Sequence record: DRR378314_95
Direction: 5' to 3' (one strand)
DNA: 27,215 bases
Positions 6,721 through 16,934 of the stretch are shown one piece after another. A program made the translations under genes and the position numbers. Below the pieces are notes generated by a model. It ran no database searches, was not told the origin of the DNA, and saw only the letters and a list, made by a program, of their open reading frames with translations. The stretch's first letter is position 1; each line of letters starts with the position of its first letter.

Positions 6721-7599
6721 TTAACGCGTCGGGACCGGCACATCTCCGGAATAGTCGTAGAAGCCCTTACCGACCTTCTTGCCGACCCAACCCGCCTCGA
6801 CATATTTCACGAGAAGTGGGCACGGGCGATACTTCGTGTCAGCCAGACCATCATGCAGCACCTGCATGATCGACAAACACGTATCCAGACCAATGAAGTC
6901 CGCGAGGGTCAGCGGCCCCATCGGGTGGTTCGCCCCCAGGCGCATGGCCGTATCAATGCTCTCGACAGTGCCTACGCCCTCATACAGCGCATAAACGGCT
7001 TCGTTGATCATTGGCACGAGAATGCGGTTCACAATGAAAGCCGGATAGTCTTCGGCATTCGTCGTGGTTTTTTCCAGGCGTTCAGCAAATCCAATGGCCA
7101 TGTCATAGGTCTGCTGATCTGTGGCCAGACCGCGAATAACCTCGACCAACTTCATCAGTGGCACTGGATTCATGAAGTGCAGACCGATGAAGCGCTCGGG
7201 CCGATCCGTAACAGAGGCGAGTCGTGTAATGGAAATGGAGGACGTGTTGGTCGCGAGAAATGTGCTGGCTGGCACGATCTCGCAGAGAGACTTGAAAATC
7301 TGTTCCTTGACTTCGCGGCGCTCGGTCGCGGCCTCGATGACCAAGTCTGCAGCTTCATGATCCTTGAGAACAGTGGTTGGCTTGATGCGCGCGATTGCAG
7401 CAGTCATTGCGTCCGGCTCGAATTGCCCACGACTGACTTGGCGGGCCATGTTGCGCTCAATGGCCTGCATGCCGTTTGCCAGCGCGTCTTCCGAAATGTC
7501 GCTCAGGACAACATTATAGCCTGCAAGCGCACTGACATGGGCAATACCGTTGCCCATCTGGCCCGCGCCAATCACACCAATCGTCTTCAGGTCTGTCAT
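6721..7599 (-). CDS. hbd: 3-hydroxybutyryl-CoA dehydrogenase
   Basis: GVIGAGQMGNGIA NAD-binding motif, ATNTSSISI, GLHFMNPVP, GANHPMGPL; downstream of etfBA. Confidence 0.95.
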   Translation of the reverse strand: MTDLKTIGVIGAGQMGNGIAHVSALAGYNVVLSDISEDALANGMQAIERNMARQVSRGQFEPDAMTAAIARIKPTTVLKDHEAADLVIEAATERREVKEQIFKSLCEIVPASTFLATNTSSISITRLASVTDRPERFIGLHFMNPVPLMKLVEVIRGLATDQQTYDMAIGFAERLEKTTTNAEDYPAFIVNRILVPMINEAVYALYEGVGTVESIDTAMRLGANHPMGPLTLADFIGLDTCLSIMQVLHDGLADTKYRPCPLLVKYVEAGWVGKKVGKGFYDYSGDVPVPTR

Positions 7600-7735
7600 C
7601 TATCTCGTCCGGAACGTCGTAAAAGTCTGCAGTCATATCCTGTTTGTGCAGTGCGTCAAACACAAGTGCGACACGCAGTCAGACTAACATGGATTTCCGG
7701 CGCTTCTCCAACGCCGCTGCAAAACACGAACCTTG

Positions 7736-8152
7736 CTAATCTCGAAAAACAACGAACCTGTTGAGCACGAAATTGGCGGCGAAAGAGCAAGCGACACCGG
7801 CCATGAAGTAGAGCGTTACCCAGATCCCCTCTGGGGCGCGCCATATCTCCAACGCGAAGATAACTGCGACCCTCAGTGCCCCCGATATCACCAGTACGAC
7901 CAGATTTGCCACCAGCCGCCTTAAGGACAGAGCGGAAGTACTCCGCCGGAAGGTCCAGAACTCGTGCACAAAGTAGAAAATCAGACCGACGACAAGAAGC
8001 GACAATCCGGCAGCGACTGACAGAGCGAAGCCGAGCCCATGATGCAGGAAAAGCGTAGCGAGATAGTCAATCACCAGCGCAACGAGGCTGGCCAGAGAAT
8101 ATCTGATGCCTGCTTTCGCCGTTGACGTTGTTTCTTGCCCAGCCGGTGTCAC
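7736..8152 (-). CDS. GtrA-family 4-TM membrane protein
   Basis: 138 aa, four hydrophobic helices, HEFWTFR and NFVLNRFVVFR motifs; GAGGGG SD before GTG. Confidence 0.85.
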   Translation of the reverse strand: MTPAGQETTSTAKAGIRYSLASLVALVIDYLATLFLHHGLGFALSVAAGLSLLVVGLIFYFVHEFWTFRRSTSALSLRRLVANLVVLVISGALRVAVIFALEIWRAPEGIWVTLYFMAGVACSFAANFVLNRFVVFRD

Positions 8153-8245
8153 GATGCCCCTCGAGCGATTGTCCGATACGCGTGCGGCACGCCCACCGCA
8201 CTCATCACACGTCTATAGAGCGGTTCGGCCTCGGCACCAGACATG

Positions 8246-8281
8246 AAAAAGCCCGCAGGTCCATCTCGGAACTGCGGGCTT
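8246..8281 (-). terminator. Intrinsic terminator after etfA
   Basis: Minus strand GCCCGCAG-loop-CTGCGGGC-TTTTT. Confidence 0.8.
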
Positions 8282-8304
8282 GTTGTCATGAATGAGACGA
8301 GCGC

Positions 8305-9234
8305 CTAGAGGGCGTCTGTCAGTTCGGGCACAGCCGAGAAAAGGTCTGCGACCAGGCCGTAATCGGCAACCTGGAAGATCGGGGCCTCTTCATCCTTGTT
8401 GATCGCCACGATGATCTTGGAGTCCTTCATGCCAGCAAGGTGCTGGATCGCGCCGGAGATACCAACAGCAACATAAAGTTCCGGAGCAACGATCTTGCCC
8501 GTCTGGCCGACCTGATAATCGTTTGGTGCGTAACCAGCATCCACTGCAGCGCGGGAGGCACCCACAGCCGCTTCCAGCTTGTCAGCCAGTGGCACGATCA
8601 GGCGATCAAACTCTTCCTTCGATCCGAGAGCGCGGCCACCGGACACGACGCGCTTGGCACCTGCCAGTTCCGGACGGTCAGATTTGACCATTTGCTCCGA
8701 CACGAATTCGGATTTGAAAGGACCAGCTGGCGCTTCGGCCGTTTCCACCGATGCGGAACCATCTTCGCCTGCCGCGTCAAACGCCGTTCCGCGAACGGTA
8801 ACGACTTTCTTTGCGTCGGAAGACTTCACGGTCAGGATCGCGTTGCCGGCATAGATTGGACGCTCGAATGTCTCAGAGTCGATCACGTCGGTGATGTCGG
8901 ACAATTGCATCACATCCAGCTTTGCAGCGATGCGTGGCGCGACGTTCTTGCCCATCGTCGTGGCGGGAATGAACACGGCGTCATAGCCATCCATCATCGG
9001 AACCACGAGTGCTTCCATGGCTTCCGCCAGTTGTTTGGCAACCGACGCACCATCAGCGTGGACCACCTTGCGGACACCGGAGATTTTCGCAGCCGAAGCC
9101 GCAACATCGCCAGCGCCTTCGCCGGCAACCAGGACATCAACGTCGCCGCCAAATTTGGTAGCAGCCGTCACCACCTTATGGGTGGCGTCGTTCAGGGCCG
9201 CATTGTCATGTTCAGCAATAACCAGAACAGCCAT
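8305..9234 (-). CDS. etfA: Electron transfer flavoprotein alpha subunit
   Basis: [49 protein letters not shown] overlap with etfB. Confidence 0.97.
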   Translation of the reverse strand: MAVLVIAEHDNAALNDATHKVVTAATKFGGDVDVLVAGEGAGDVAASAAKISGVRKVVHADGASVAKQLAEAMEALVVPMMDGYDAVFIPATTMGKNVAPRIAAKLDVMQLSDITDVIDSETFERPIYAGNAILTVKSSDAKKVVTVRGTAFDAAGEDGSASVETAEAPAGPFKSEFVSEQMVKSDRPELAGAKRVVSGGRALGSKEEFDRLIVPLADKLEAAVGASRAAVDAGYAPNDYQVGQTGKIVAPELYVAVGISGAIQHLAGMKDSKIIVAINKDEEAPIFQVADYGLVADLFSAVPELTDAL

Positions 9235-9980
9235 TAGATCGCTCCTGCTGATTTGAGTTTCGAAACAAGCGTCGCAACGTCTTCGACCTTTTCGCCGGCT
9301 TCACGGACCGGCGGCTCGGTGACTTTCACAACCGACAGACGTGGCGAGATATCGACGCCATAATCACCAGGCGCCTTCTCATCGATCGGCTTTTTCTTGG
9401 CTTTCATGATGTTTGGCAGCGATGCATAGCGCGGTTCGTTCAGACGAAGGTCTACCGTGACAATCGCTGGCGTTGCCAGCTTCACTGTCTGCAGACCGCC
9501 ATCGACCTCACGTGTCACCGTTAGGGCGTCGCCGTCCTTCTCGATCTTGTAAGCGAAGGTGCCTTGCGGCCAATCCAGCAGAGCGGCCAGCATCTGGCCT
9601 GTCTGGTTGGAATCGTCGTCAATAGCTTGCTTGCCGAGAAGAACGAGATCCGGGCTTTCGTCGGCAACGACTTTTGCAAGAATTTTCGCGACAGCCAGCG
9701 GCTCAACGGTTTCGTCGGTGTTGATCAGGATTCCGCGGTCGCCGCCCATGGCCAGTGCGGTGCGGATAGTTTCCTGAGCCTGTTTCGGGCCGATAGACAC
9801 GATAACGACTTCAGTTGCCGTTCCGGCTTCCTTCATGCGAACCGCTTCTTCGACCGAAATTTCGTCGAATGGGTTCATCGACATTTTGACATTGGCGAGA
9901 TCGACGCCCGTCTGATCGGGCTTCACCCGAACCTTGACGTTATAGTCGATCACGCGTTTGACGGGCACCAGGACCTTCAT
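9234..9980 (-). CDS. etfB: Electron transfer flavoprotein beta subunit
   Basis: [59 protein letters not shown] 9980. Confidence 0.97.
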   Translation of the reverse strand: MKVLVPVKRVIDYNVKVRVKPDQTGVDLANVKMSMNPFDEISVEEAVRMKEAGTATEVVIVSIGPKQAQETIRTALAMGGDRGILINTDETVEPLAVAKILAKVVADESPDLVLLGKQAIDDDSNQTGQMLAALLDWPQGTFAYKIEKDGDALTVTREVDGGLQTVKLATPAIVTVDLRLNEPRYASLPNIMKAKKKPIDEKAPGDYGVDISPRLSVVKVTEPPVREAGEKVEDVATLVSKLKSAGAI

Positions 9981-10054
9981 ACAACCGCTCCAGACATTTG
10001 TTGGAATTAAACTAGCGTGGGGTGTGCCTAACGCCGACAAATCAAAGACGCAAG

Positions 10055-10072
10055 GTTGACGTTGACGTAAGT
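10055..10072. promoter_or_regulatory. Probable LiuR (MerR-family) operator upstream of etfBA
   Basis: GTTGACGTTGACGTAAGT has the ACGT-N2-ACGT palindromic core of LiuR boxes; etfBA is a known LiuR regulon member. Confidence 0.6.
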
Positions 10073-10235
10073 GTCAATTTGGCGCGGAAAAATTTGCAAA
10101 AGCCTCTGTGTTCCGTCGCCGCACCGCAAATCTTTGCCCTGGATCACCCTCTGCACAAGGGGAGCTTGGCCGAAATGCAAACCTGCGCTACACGCCTCCC
10201 TTCTCCTGAACCAGACCAAATTCGACGAGGGCGCC

Positions 10236-10994
10236 ATGGCAGGCCACAGTAAATGGGCAAACATCCAGCACCGCAAAGGCGCACAGGACAAGAAGCGCGC
10301 CGCGCTGTTTTCCCGACTGTCCAAGGAAATCACGATCGCATCCAAAATGGGCGGGCCAGATCCGGACGCCAATCCACGCCTGCGCCTGGCCATTCAGAAC
10401 GCCAAGGGCCAGTCGATGCCCAAGGACAATATCCAGCGCGCGGTCGATAAGGGCCAGGGCGGCGGCGGCGAAGATTATGTCGACATTCGTTATGAAGGGT
10501 TTGGCCCTGGCGGTGTCGGCATCATTGTCGAGGCCTCTACCGACAACAAGAACCGGGCGGCAACCGAAGTCCGTACAGCTTTCTCCAAGAATGGCGGCAA
10601 TCTTGGTGAGACGGGATCAGTCTCTTTCAGCTTTGATCAGGTTGGCGAGATCCACTATTCGCCAGAGGCCGGCTCCGACGATGAAATCATGGAAGCGGCC
10701 ATCATGGCTGGCGCGCAGGACGTTGAGTCCGATGATGAAGGCCACTGGATCTACACTGCTCGCGAAGACCTGCAGACGGTCGCGGACGCACTGGTCGAAC
10801 ATTTCGGGGAAGAGGTCGAAGCCAAGTCGACCAAACTGATCTGGAAACCACAGAATACCATCCCGGTCGAAGGACAGGCCGCTGACACGCTGATGAAGCT
10901 GTTGGACGTGCTCGACGATCTCGATGATGTCGCCAACGTTTACGACAATTCGGAATTGTCCGAAGCGGAAGTTGCTCGCCTCGCCGAGAGCTGA
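10236..10994 (+). CDS. yebC: YebC/PmpR/TACO1 family protein
   Basis: [43 protein letters not shown] before ATG 10236. Confidence 0.97.
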   Translation: MAGHSKWANIQHRKGAQDKKRAALFSRLSKEITIASKMGGPDPDANPRLRLAIQNAKGQSMPKDNIQRAVDKGQGGGGEDYVDIRYEGFGPGGVGIIVEASTDNKNRAATEVRTAFSKNGGNLGETGSVSFSFDQVGEIHYSPEAGSDDEIMEAAIMAGAQDVESDDEGHWIYTAREDLQTVADALVEHFGEEVEAKSTKLIWKPQNTIPVEGQAADTLMKLLDVLDDLDDVANVYDNSELSEAEVARLAES

Positions 10995-11049
10995 TCCCAC
11001 CAGTTCTGCCACAGGATAATCATCAAAGCCGCAAGCTATCATGGCCTGC

Positions 11050-11089
11050 TTGACTTTTCTGTTTATCAATATACTTTGTATTTCAAAGT
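11050..11089 (+). promoter_or_regulatory. Sigma70-like promoter overlapped by palindromic operator
   Basis: TTGACT-N16-TACTTT; palindrome ACTTTG-N5-CAAAGT at 11073-11089. Confidence 0.7.
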
Positions 11090-11107
11090 TATTTGTGGAG
11101 ACGAAAA

Positions 11108-11728
11108 ATGAGCCCTCAATCTCTGACTGATGATCTCGCTTACGTGCGCGACCTTGCCGAAGCGGGCCAGAAAGCCCCTCTGCTAGGTGGACGCTTCCTG
11201 GCGTGGTGGGGCGGCCTGACGACGTTCGCTTATTTGGGTCATTACGCGATTTCGACGGGCATGTTCGGTTTGCAACCCGTCGCCTTCGCCGCGCTCTGGG
11301 TCGGCTATATCGTGATCGGTATGGGGGGCATGTTCCTGATGCAAATGCGGTTTTCCGGCCATAAGCCAGGCGCCGCTTCGGTCGGCAATCAGGTGTCGCG
11401 TATTGTATGGCAGGCGTCGGGATGCTTCCTCGGCGCGTACTTCACAGGTGCATTTCTCGCCGCTCTGCTGGGGCAAGGGACTGGCGCCTTCATGTGGTCC
11501 GTTCCAATGGTGATTGGTCTATATGGGCTTGCGCAATTCGTGTCTGGCGAGATGGCGCAGAACAGGGTTCTGTCCATCAGCGGCACCGCAGCCATCGCGA
11601 GTACGGTGCCGGCCGTCCTGCTTATGAATACGCCTTACATCGTGCTGCTCGGCTCAGCCGTCGCCGCCATCTGTGTGTTCCTGCCAGGCATATTGCTGAT
11701 GCGGAATGAACCGTCGGAGACGGTGTAA
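11108..11728 (+). CDS. Hypothetical multi-pass membrane protein
   Basis: GGAG SD and ATG 11108; DDLAYVRDLAEAG followed by about 6 hydrophobic helices; co-oriented with the wHTH gene. Confidence 0.8.
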   Translation: MSPQSLTDDLAYVRDLAEAGQKAPLLGGRFLAWWGGLTTFAYLGHYAISTGMFGLQPVAFAALWVGYIVIGMGGMFLMQMRFSGHKPGAASVGNQVSRIVWQASGCFLGAYFTGAFLAALLGQGTGAFMWSVPMVIGLYGLAQFVSGEMAQNRVLSISGTAAIASTVPAVLLMNTPYIVLLGSAVAAICVFLPGILLMRNEPSETV

Positions 11729-11733
11729 ACGCA

Positions 11734-12045
11734 ATGTCAGGCGAAAACCCCTTCGATCACAATGACATTGATGACGTCATTCACGGCCGTTTGCGGCTTG
11801 GCATCATGGCCTACCTCTCAAGTGTAAGTCCGGCGATCTTTGGCGAACTTCGCGACAAGGTCGGCGCGACAGATGGAAACCTCTCTACACATCTGCGGAA
11901 GCTGGAAGAGGCGGGATACATCGAACTGGAAAAGCGTTTCGTCGGCCGGAGGCCGCAGACCCGTATTCATCTGACGAAGTCCGGCCGAGCCGCATGGCTT
12001 GCCTGGCTCGACAGGATGCAAGCCCTGATGCGGGCGGCGGAATAG
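11734..12045 (+). CDS. Winged-helix transcriptional regulator (ArsR/MarR-like, HTH_34 type)
   Basis: IDDVIHGRLRLGIMAYL, TDGNLSTHLRKLEEAGYI, KRFVGRRPQT. Confidence 0.92.
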   Translation: MSGENPFDHNDIDDVIHGRLRLGIMAYLSSVSPAIFGELRDKVGATDGNLSTHLRKLEEAGYIELEKRFVGRRPQTRIHLTKSGRAAWLAWLDRMQALMRAAE

Positions 12046-12048
12046 GTC

Positions 12049-12492
12049 CTACGGCCCGATCAGGCGGATCTGTTCTGCGCTTGCCTCACCCGCGCGGGCG
12101 AAGACTTTCCAGCCCAGCTTTTCATACGCGTCCCGCGCCACTGTGTTCTGGGCGTCCACATCCAGGATCAATGCCTGCCCCATCCTGTCGCGGCCAACAT
12201 GTAGCAAGCCTCGCGCGACACCGCACAAGCGCCAGTCATTCGCGACGAACAAATGGTCCACATAGCCAGTATCCGGACGCAATGTCATGAACCCGATCAC
12301 GCCAGCTTGCGGCTCTTCCGCGACAAGGGCCATGGCCGTCGGCAGGGTATTGAACAATTGTCGTAAATAGGGCGCGGCAGGCCCGCGCCACGGGAACTCC
12401 CTCAAACACTCCCGAAACACCTGATAGCACGGACGATAGTCCCTGCGCTCGAAGTCGCGGATATGCCAGCCAGCTCCAGAATGTGTGTACAT
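12049..12492 (-). CDS. GNAT-family N-acetyltransferase
   Basis: GVIGFMTL, YVDHLFVANDWRLCGVARGLL (motif A-like), NTVARDAYEKLGW (motif B). Confidence 0.85.
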   Translation of the reverse strand: MYTHSGAGWHIRDFERRDYRPCYQVFRECLREFPWRGPAAPYLRQLFNTLPTAMALVAEEPQAGVIGFMTLRPDTGYVDHLFVANDWRLCGVARGLLHVGRDRMGQALILDVDAQNTVARDAYEKLGWKVFARAGEASAEQIRLIGP

Positions 12493-12494
12493 GC

Positions 12495-12534
12495 AAAAAA
12501 GGGTGGGCCCGAACAGCAGCCGGGTCCACCCTTT
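12495..12534 (-). terminator. Intrinsic terminator after lpdA
   Basis: Minus strand GGGTGGACCCG-loop-CGGGCCCACCC-TTTTTT. Confidence 0.85.
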
Positions 12535-12567
12535 AATTCAGATCCAATCTGACGAAATGCCAGTTGC

Positions 12568-13974
12568 CTACATTTGCATCGTCCAGCCCTCAATGCCCAT
12601 TGCAGCCTGACGGACCGCTTCGGAAAGGGTGGGGTGCGCATGACAGGTGCGGGCGATGTCTTCGGACGCCGCGCCGAATTCCATCGCAACGCAAACCTCG
12701 GCGATCAGTTCGCCGACACCTACGCCAACCATGTGAACACCGAGGATCTTGTCGGTTTTCTTGTCGGCCAGCATTTTGACGAAACCGTCCGTCTCGTGGT
12801 TCGTCCGCGCGCGCGAATTGGCCATGAAGGGGAACTTGCTCTTCACATAGTCCACGCCAGCCTCTTTCAGCTGTTCCTCGGTCTGACCGACCCAGGCCAT
12901 CTCAGGTTTCGTGTAGACCACGCTTGGAACAAGCTCGTAATTCACATGACCGGCCTTGCCAGCGATCAGCTCGGCAACCGCGACACCGTCATCTTCTGCC
13001 TTGTGGGCCAGCATTGGTCCGTGGATACAGTCACCAACCGCCCAAACGCCGTCAGCCACCTTGAAATGGCCGTCTGTGGTTTGCACCACACCGCGCTTGT
13101 CAGTTGTTCCACCGACTGCCTCCAGGCCCAGGCCTTCGGTATATGGCTTGCGACCAATTGCGACGATTACAACGTCCGCATCCAGCGTCTCGCTGTCGCC
13201 ACCTGCTGCAGGCTCCATGCTGAGCTTCAGCTTGGACTTCAGCTTTTCAACGCCAGTCACTTTCATGCCAAGTCGGAAATTGAGACCCTGTTTCTTGAAG
13301 ATCTTCTGCGCTTCCTTTGCCACATCGGCATCGGCGCCGGGCATGATGCGATCCAGATATTCGACAACTGTCACCTCAGAGCCCAAACGCGCCCAGACGG
13401 ACCCCATTTCAAGGCCGATCACACCGGCGCCAATCAGAACCAGGCGCTTCGGAATGGAGGTCAGCGACAGCGCGCCGGTATTGGTAACAACACGCTCTTC
13501 ATCAATCTCGATGCCCGGCAGATTGGTCGGCTCAGACCCGGTCGCAATTACGATGTTCTTCGTGTCCAGCGTCTGGGTCTTGCCATCAAGACCTTTGACC
13601 TCGACCTTGCCTTTTCCAAGGATCTTGCCGCGGCCCTTGATGTAGTCGACCTTGTTCTTCTTGAAGAGGAATTCGATTCCCTTCGTCAGACCGTCCACAG
13701 CCTCGGTTTTCTGGGCCATCATCTTGTCGAGATCGATCTCCAGCTTGCCGGTCTTGATGCCCATCGCTTCGAATTCATTCTGCGCTGTGGCGTAGAGTTC
13801 AGACGCGTGAAGCAGCGCCTTCGACGGGATGCATCCAACGTTCAGGCATGTACCGCCCAGAACACCGCGATCTTCGATGCAGACCGTTTTCAGGCCAAGT
13901 TGGCCAGCGCGGATTGCGCAATTGTAGCCGCCGGGGCCGCCACCGATAATGACGACGTCGTATGTCTCAGCCAT
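12568..13974 (-). CDS. lpdA: Dihydrolipoyl dehydrogenase (E3)
   Basis: [20 protein letters not shown] redox disulfide, [16 protein letters not shown]; no lipoyl domain. Confidence 0.97.
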   Translation of the reverse strand: MAETYDVVIIGGGPGGYNCAIRAGQLGLKTVCIEDRGVLGGTCLNVGCIPSKALLHASELYATAQNEFEAMGIKTGKLEIDLDKMMAQKTEAVDGLTKGIEFLFKKNKVDYIKGRGKILGKGKVEVKGLDGKTQTLDTKNIVIATGSEPTNLPGIEIDEERVVTNTGALSLTSIPKRLVLIGAGVIGLEMGSVWARLGSEVTVVEYLDRIMPGADADVAKEAQKIFKKQGLNFRLGMKVTGVEKLKSKLKLSMEPAAGGDSETLDADVVIVAIGRKPYTEGLGLEAVGGTTDKRGVVQTTDGHFKVADGVWAVGDCIHGPMLAHKAEDDGVAVAELIAGKAGHVNYELVPSVVYTKPEMAWVGQTEEQLKEAGVDYVKSKFPFMANSRARTNHETDGFVKMLADKKTDKILGVHMVGVGVGELIAEVCVAMEFGAASEDIARTCHAHPTLSEAVRQAAMGIEGWTMQM

Positions 13975-14071
13975 GGGGAATTCTGCCTTGCTTAGAGGGC
14001 CCAGTAGGAATGAGCCGCCAAACTAGGCATTTTGCCCCTGAAATCAATGCGGCGGGGTCTGCAAGTTTGGT

Positions 14072-14437
14072 TTAGCTGCGTTTCGTTATCACAAGGCCCA
14101 GAAAGAGCGCCCACAGCACCCCGCTGATCACGGCCTCATCGGCCCACATCACCGAATCCGCACCCGCAAGGATCATAAGGCCGCCCAGAAGGCTGAATAA
14201 CAAGATGCCGATCAGGGCGATCCAGCGCCCCGTGCCCTTGCCCGCCAGAACCGCCAACCCGCCAATCAAAACCAAACCCGTCGCCAGCAGCCTCAACAGG
14301 CTGGTGGGGGGCTGCATCAAGGCATCCGACAGGCTGCTGCCGCGATTAACCAAGATATTGACTGCGGACACGCCGCCCCAGAATAGCCATCCGCCAATCA
14401 GTGCCAGTATCAATCCAATAACACGCCTCACGCTCAT
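14072..14437 (-). CDS. Hypothetical 4-TM membrane protein
   Basis: GGAGG SD before ATG 14437 (MSVRRVIGLILALIGGWLFW); four hydrophobic segments. Confidence 0.75.
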   Translation of the reverse strand: MSVRRVIGLILALIGGWLFWGGVSAVNILVNRGSSLSDALMQPPTSLLRLLATGLVLIGGLAVLAGKGTGRWIALIGILLFSLLGGLMILAGADSVMWADEAVISGVLWALFLGLVITKRS

Positions 14438-14499
14438 CCCGGTTCCTCCCATTCTGTTTTCAACAGAGGGTATGGCGGGCAGGACGCTGCAGCAAATGA

Positions 14500-15123
14500 T
14501 TAGTGCTCAGCCGCGCGCCGCCGCTTTTCCTGAATCTTGCGGCCATGCAGTGCAAAACTGGCGCGTTGGCGAGCTATTGCGGCGGGAACACGCGCGGGTT
14601 TCATCGGCACAGGCCTCTGGATTGCCTGTGGTGTCGGATCGCTCACCAGGATCGGTTGAGACAGAAGCACGGGCGCACTCTCTGCCGCGGCATCCTGTGG
14701 GCGCACTCGGCGCAATCTCAATTCCCAAACTGCGAGCATCAAAAGGAACGCCCCCGCACACACACCTGCAATTGCGCCTTCGGCGGCGCTCGGGTCATTC
14801 CACCAGCCCGGCTCAAAGGTCACGAGGTACAGGCACGGGATGCCCGCAAACAGGCCCATGACATACCAGAGCACACCGCCGGGGCGTTTCGCGGCGATCA
14901 TTGCAGCTGAACAGTAGAAACAGAGCGCGGCCAGCAGGTAAGGCCCTCCATGCGCGATACCAAGCTCTCGCCAGTCGACGCTTTCCAGACCGCCCGCAAT
15001 GTCATCCTGAACAATCCAGCTCATTGCCATCATGATCGAAGGCCAGCGCACAGCCGTCAGCGCGCCAAACGCAAAGGCGATCGCGTAAACTGTCAGCAGG
15101 ATTGCGATAAGTCGGCGAAGCAT
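14500..15123 (-). CDS. Hypothetical membrane protein with basic C-terminal tail
   Basis: MLRRLIAILLTVYAIAF..., about 4 TM segments, Pro/Ala linker, Arg-rich end. Start is ATG 15123 or further upstream. Confidence 0.7.
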   Translation of the reverse strand: MLRRLIAILLTVYAIAFAFGALTAVRWPSIMMAMSWIVQDDIAGGLESVDWRELGIAHGGPYLLAALCFYCSAAMIAAKRPGGVLWYVMGLFAGIPCLYLVTFEPGWWNDPSAAEGAIAGVCAGAFLLMLAVWELRLRRVRPQDAAAESAPVLLSQPILVSDPTPQAIQRPVPMKPARVPAAIARQRASFALHGRKIQEKRRRAAEH

Positions 15124-15211
15124 TCCTTCGCGTAGCACGCGTACGGTAACCGCCCGCTGAACACGTTGTTGCAAATTTCATCGATTATTGTCGCCGTGTG
15201 TCGCCCGGTGT

Positions 15212-16864
15212 CTACTCGCTGTCGCTGCCGCAAATGCGGGAGTCGATACAATAGTTCAAAACGCCCATGGCCAGATGGGATTCGATCGGCGGCTGTTCAT
15301 CGATTTCTTCAACTTCGGACGGCTCGGCCTCTGGCGCGACAGTGGCCGCAGCGATCCGGAACAAGCCGCGCACGGGTTGCTGTTGTCGCAAGGCGGTGCG
15401 CACAAGTCTCGTAATGTAGTCCACCGGCGCATCTATCTGTTGAAATCCCTGCTGCGGAGAAACCGGCAGTCTCGCATCCTCGGGTACGACCATCGCGATC
15501 ATGGATTGAGGGCCGAGCGGCGGGCCAGCCTTAAGACCCGGTTCGCCGAATATGTCCCGGGCCAACAACACCGTCTCACCTGCCTCTCGGACCGGCCAGC
15601 GTCCCGCGGCCTCAATCGGATTGGGATAAAGCTGGGTAAGGATCTGGTCGGCATTGTAGTCAAACAGGACGAGCTTGCCGCGCACTGGCAGCGTGACTTT
15701 CAGATCCACCATCTGGCCGTTTTCCACCACGCTGACAGTGTCCCCCGCCGGTGTGACCAGCGAGATGGGCATATCTTTCACCAGCGTGTCGAAATCATGC
15801 TGAACGCTCGAGACCAGATCTGGGACACCGCGAGTAGGCGGCGGAACATCTGCGTAGGCGATGAAGTTCGCGTCCGGCACGTAAGAGCGTACCCAGTCGG
15901 CATAGGCAGAGACGCGTGTGTATGCGCCCGGACTGGCGGAGCGACCGCAACCTACGCCCCAGCTGACAACACCGATCTGGTAGGCGCAGCCATTCTTGTC
16001 GTACTTGACCAACGGGCCGCCGCTATCACCCTGACAGGCATCCTGGCCGCCTTCTTCCAGACCGGCACACACCAATGTTTCGTCGACGATCAGCGACTGG
16101 TACTCCGCCGGATAGCCTTCCAGCATCGACGCCCGCCGCAAGCGGGATTCACACACCGATGCGTTCACGGTCGGCGCTGATGTCTCCTGCAGAACCAGAC
16201 TTGGCGCGGCGAGGGCGAAATTGCGCGCATTCTGCCACTTGGTGCGCTGACCGAGCTCGAGCTCTGCAAGATTGCCGAATCCTGCAACCCATGCCTCTTC
16301 GCCGGCCTGTGACAGGCGATCTGTCGTCGCATCCGCGGACAGTGTCGCGAGCGGCCCCTCCCAAGGCGTGTCGAGCTTCAACAGTGCAATGTCGGCGCCC
16401 TTGTAGATCTCTTCCGCGCCTTCATAGGCGGGGTGGGTGATGACCTCGGTGACAAAAGCGGCCTGTGAACCGTCCGGCGTGCGCCCCAGGTCTCCCGTTC
16501 CCAACTGAACGCGAATTGCAGCGACTTTCCGCTCTGATCCGCCATCCCCAGCCGGTTTATAGGCGAAGACCCGCCCACTCTCTTCGGATACGCGAAAGCC
16601 TTCGACACAATGGGCTGCCGTCAGCACCCATTCCCTCGAAATGGCCGCGCCCCCACAGACGTGGAACGTACCGCGCTGCATGCGCAGCTGAATAGACGCG
16701 ATTCCGGGCCAGTTTGCGAGGTGGGCATTTACGCCGCCAACCACTTTCGCGCCGGTGGGCGTGTCCTCAACGCGGCACACCCGCTCCTGCGCTGTGGCGG
16801 TGAGGCCGCATGCCAGAGAGAGGGCGAAACTGCCCGCAACGATACTGGAAACTCTACGCAACAT
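15212..16864 (-). CDS. Secreted trypsin-like (S1A) serine protease with C-terminal DUF4384-like domain
   Basis: Signal peptide, K|VVGG, WVLTAAHC (His), ADIALLKL (Asp), DACQGDSGGPL (Ser), GVVSWG, PGAYTRVS; GGAGG SD. The DUF4384 call is from resemblance only (GKLVLFDYNADQILTQLYPN). Confidence 0.9.
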   Translation of the reverse strand: MLRRVSSIVAGSFALSLACGLTATAQERVCRVEDTPTGAKVVGGVNAHLANWPGIASIQLRMQRGTFHVCGGAAISREWVLTAAHCVEGFRVSEESGRVFAYKPAGDGGSERKVAAIRVQLGTGDLGRTPDGSQAAFVTEVITHPAYEGAEEIYKGADIALLKLDTPWEGPLATLSADATTDRLSQAGEEAWVAGFGNLAELELGQRTKWQNARNFALAAPSLVLQETSAPTVNASVCESRLRRASMLEGYPAEYQSLIVDETLVCAGLEEGGQDACQGDSGGPLVKYDKNGCAYQIGVVSWGVGCGRSASPGAYTRVSAYADWVRSYVPDANFIAYADVPPPTRGVPDLVSSVQHDFDTLVKDMPISLVTPAGDTVSVVENGQMVDLKVTLPVRGKLVLFDYNADQILTQLYPNPIEAAGRWPVREAGETVLLARDIFGEPGLKAGPPLGPQSMIAMVVPEDARLPVSPQQGFQQIDAPVDYITRLVRTALRQQQPVRGLFRIAAATVAPEAEPSEVEEIDEQPPIESHLAMGVLNYCIDSRICGSDSE

Positions 16865-16934
16865 GTCACGTCCTCCCGTGTGGGAAGATTAACCATGCCT
16901 GCGCGAAACCGCCAAGATGCGGCTTTCGGAAGAG

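Noticed and set aside
16800-16864. Possible lipobox (SLAC) in the protease signal peptide
   Set aside because: Poor fit to [LVI][ASTVI][GAS]C; an ATA|Q signal peptidase I site follows.
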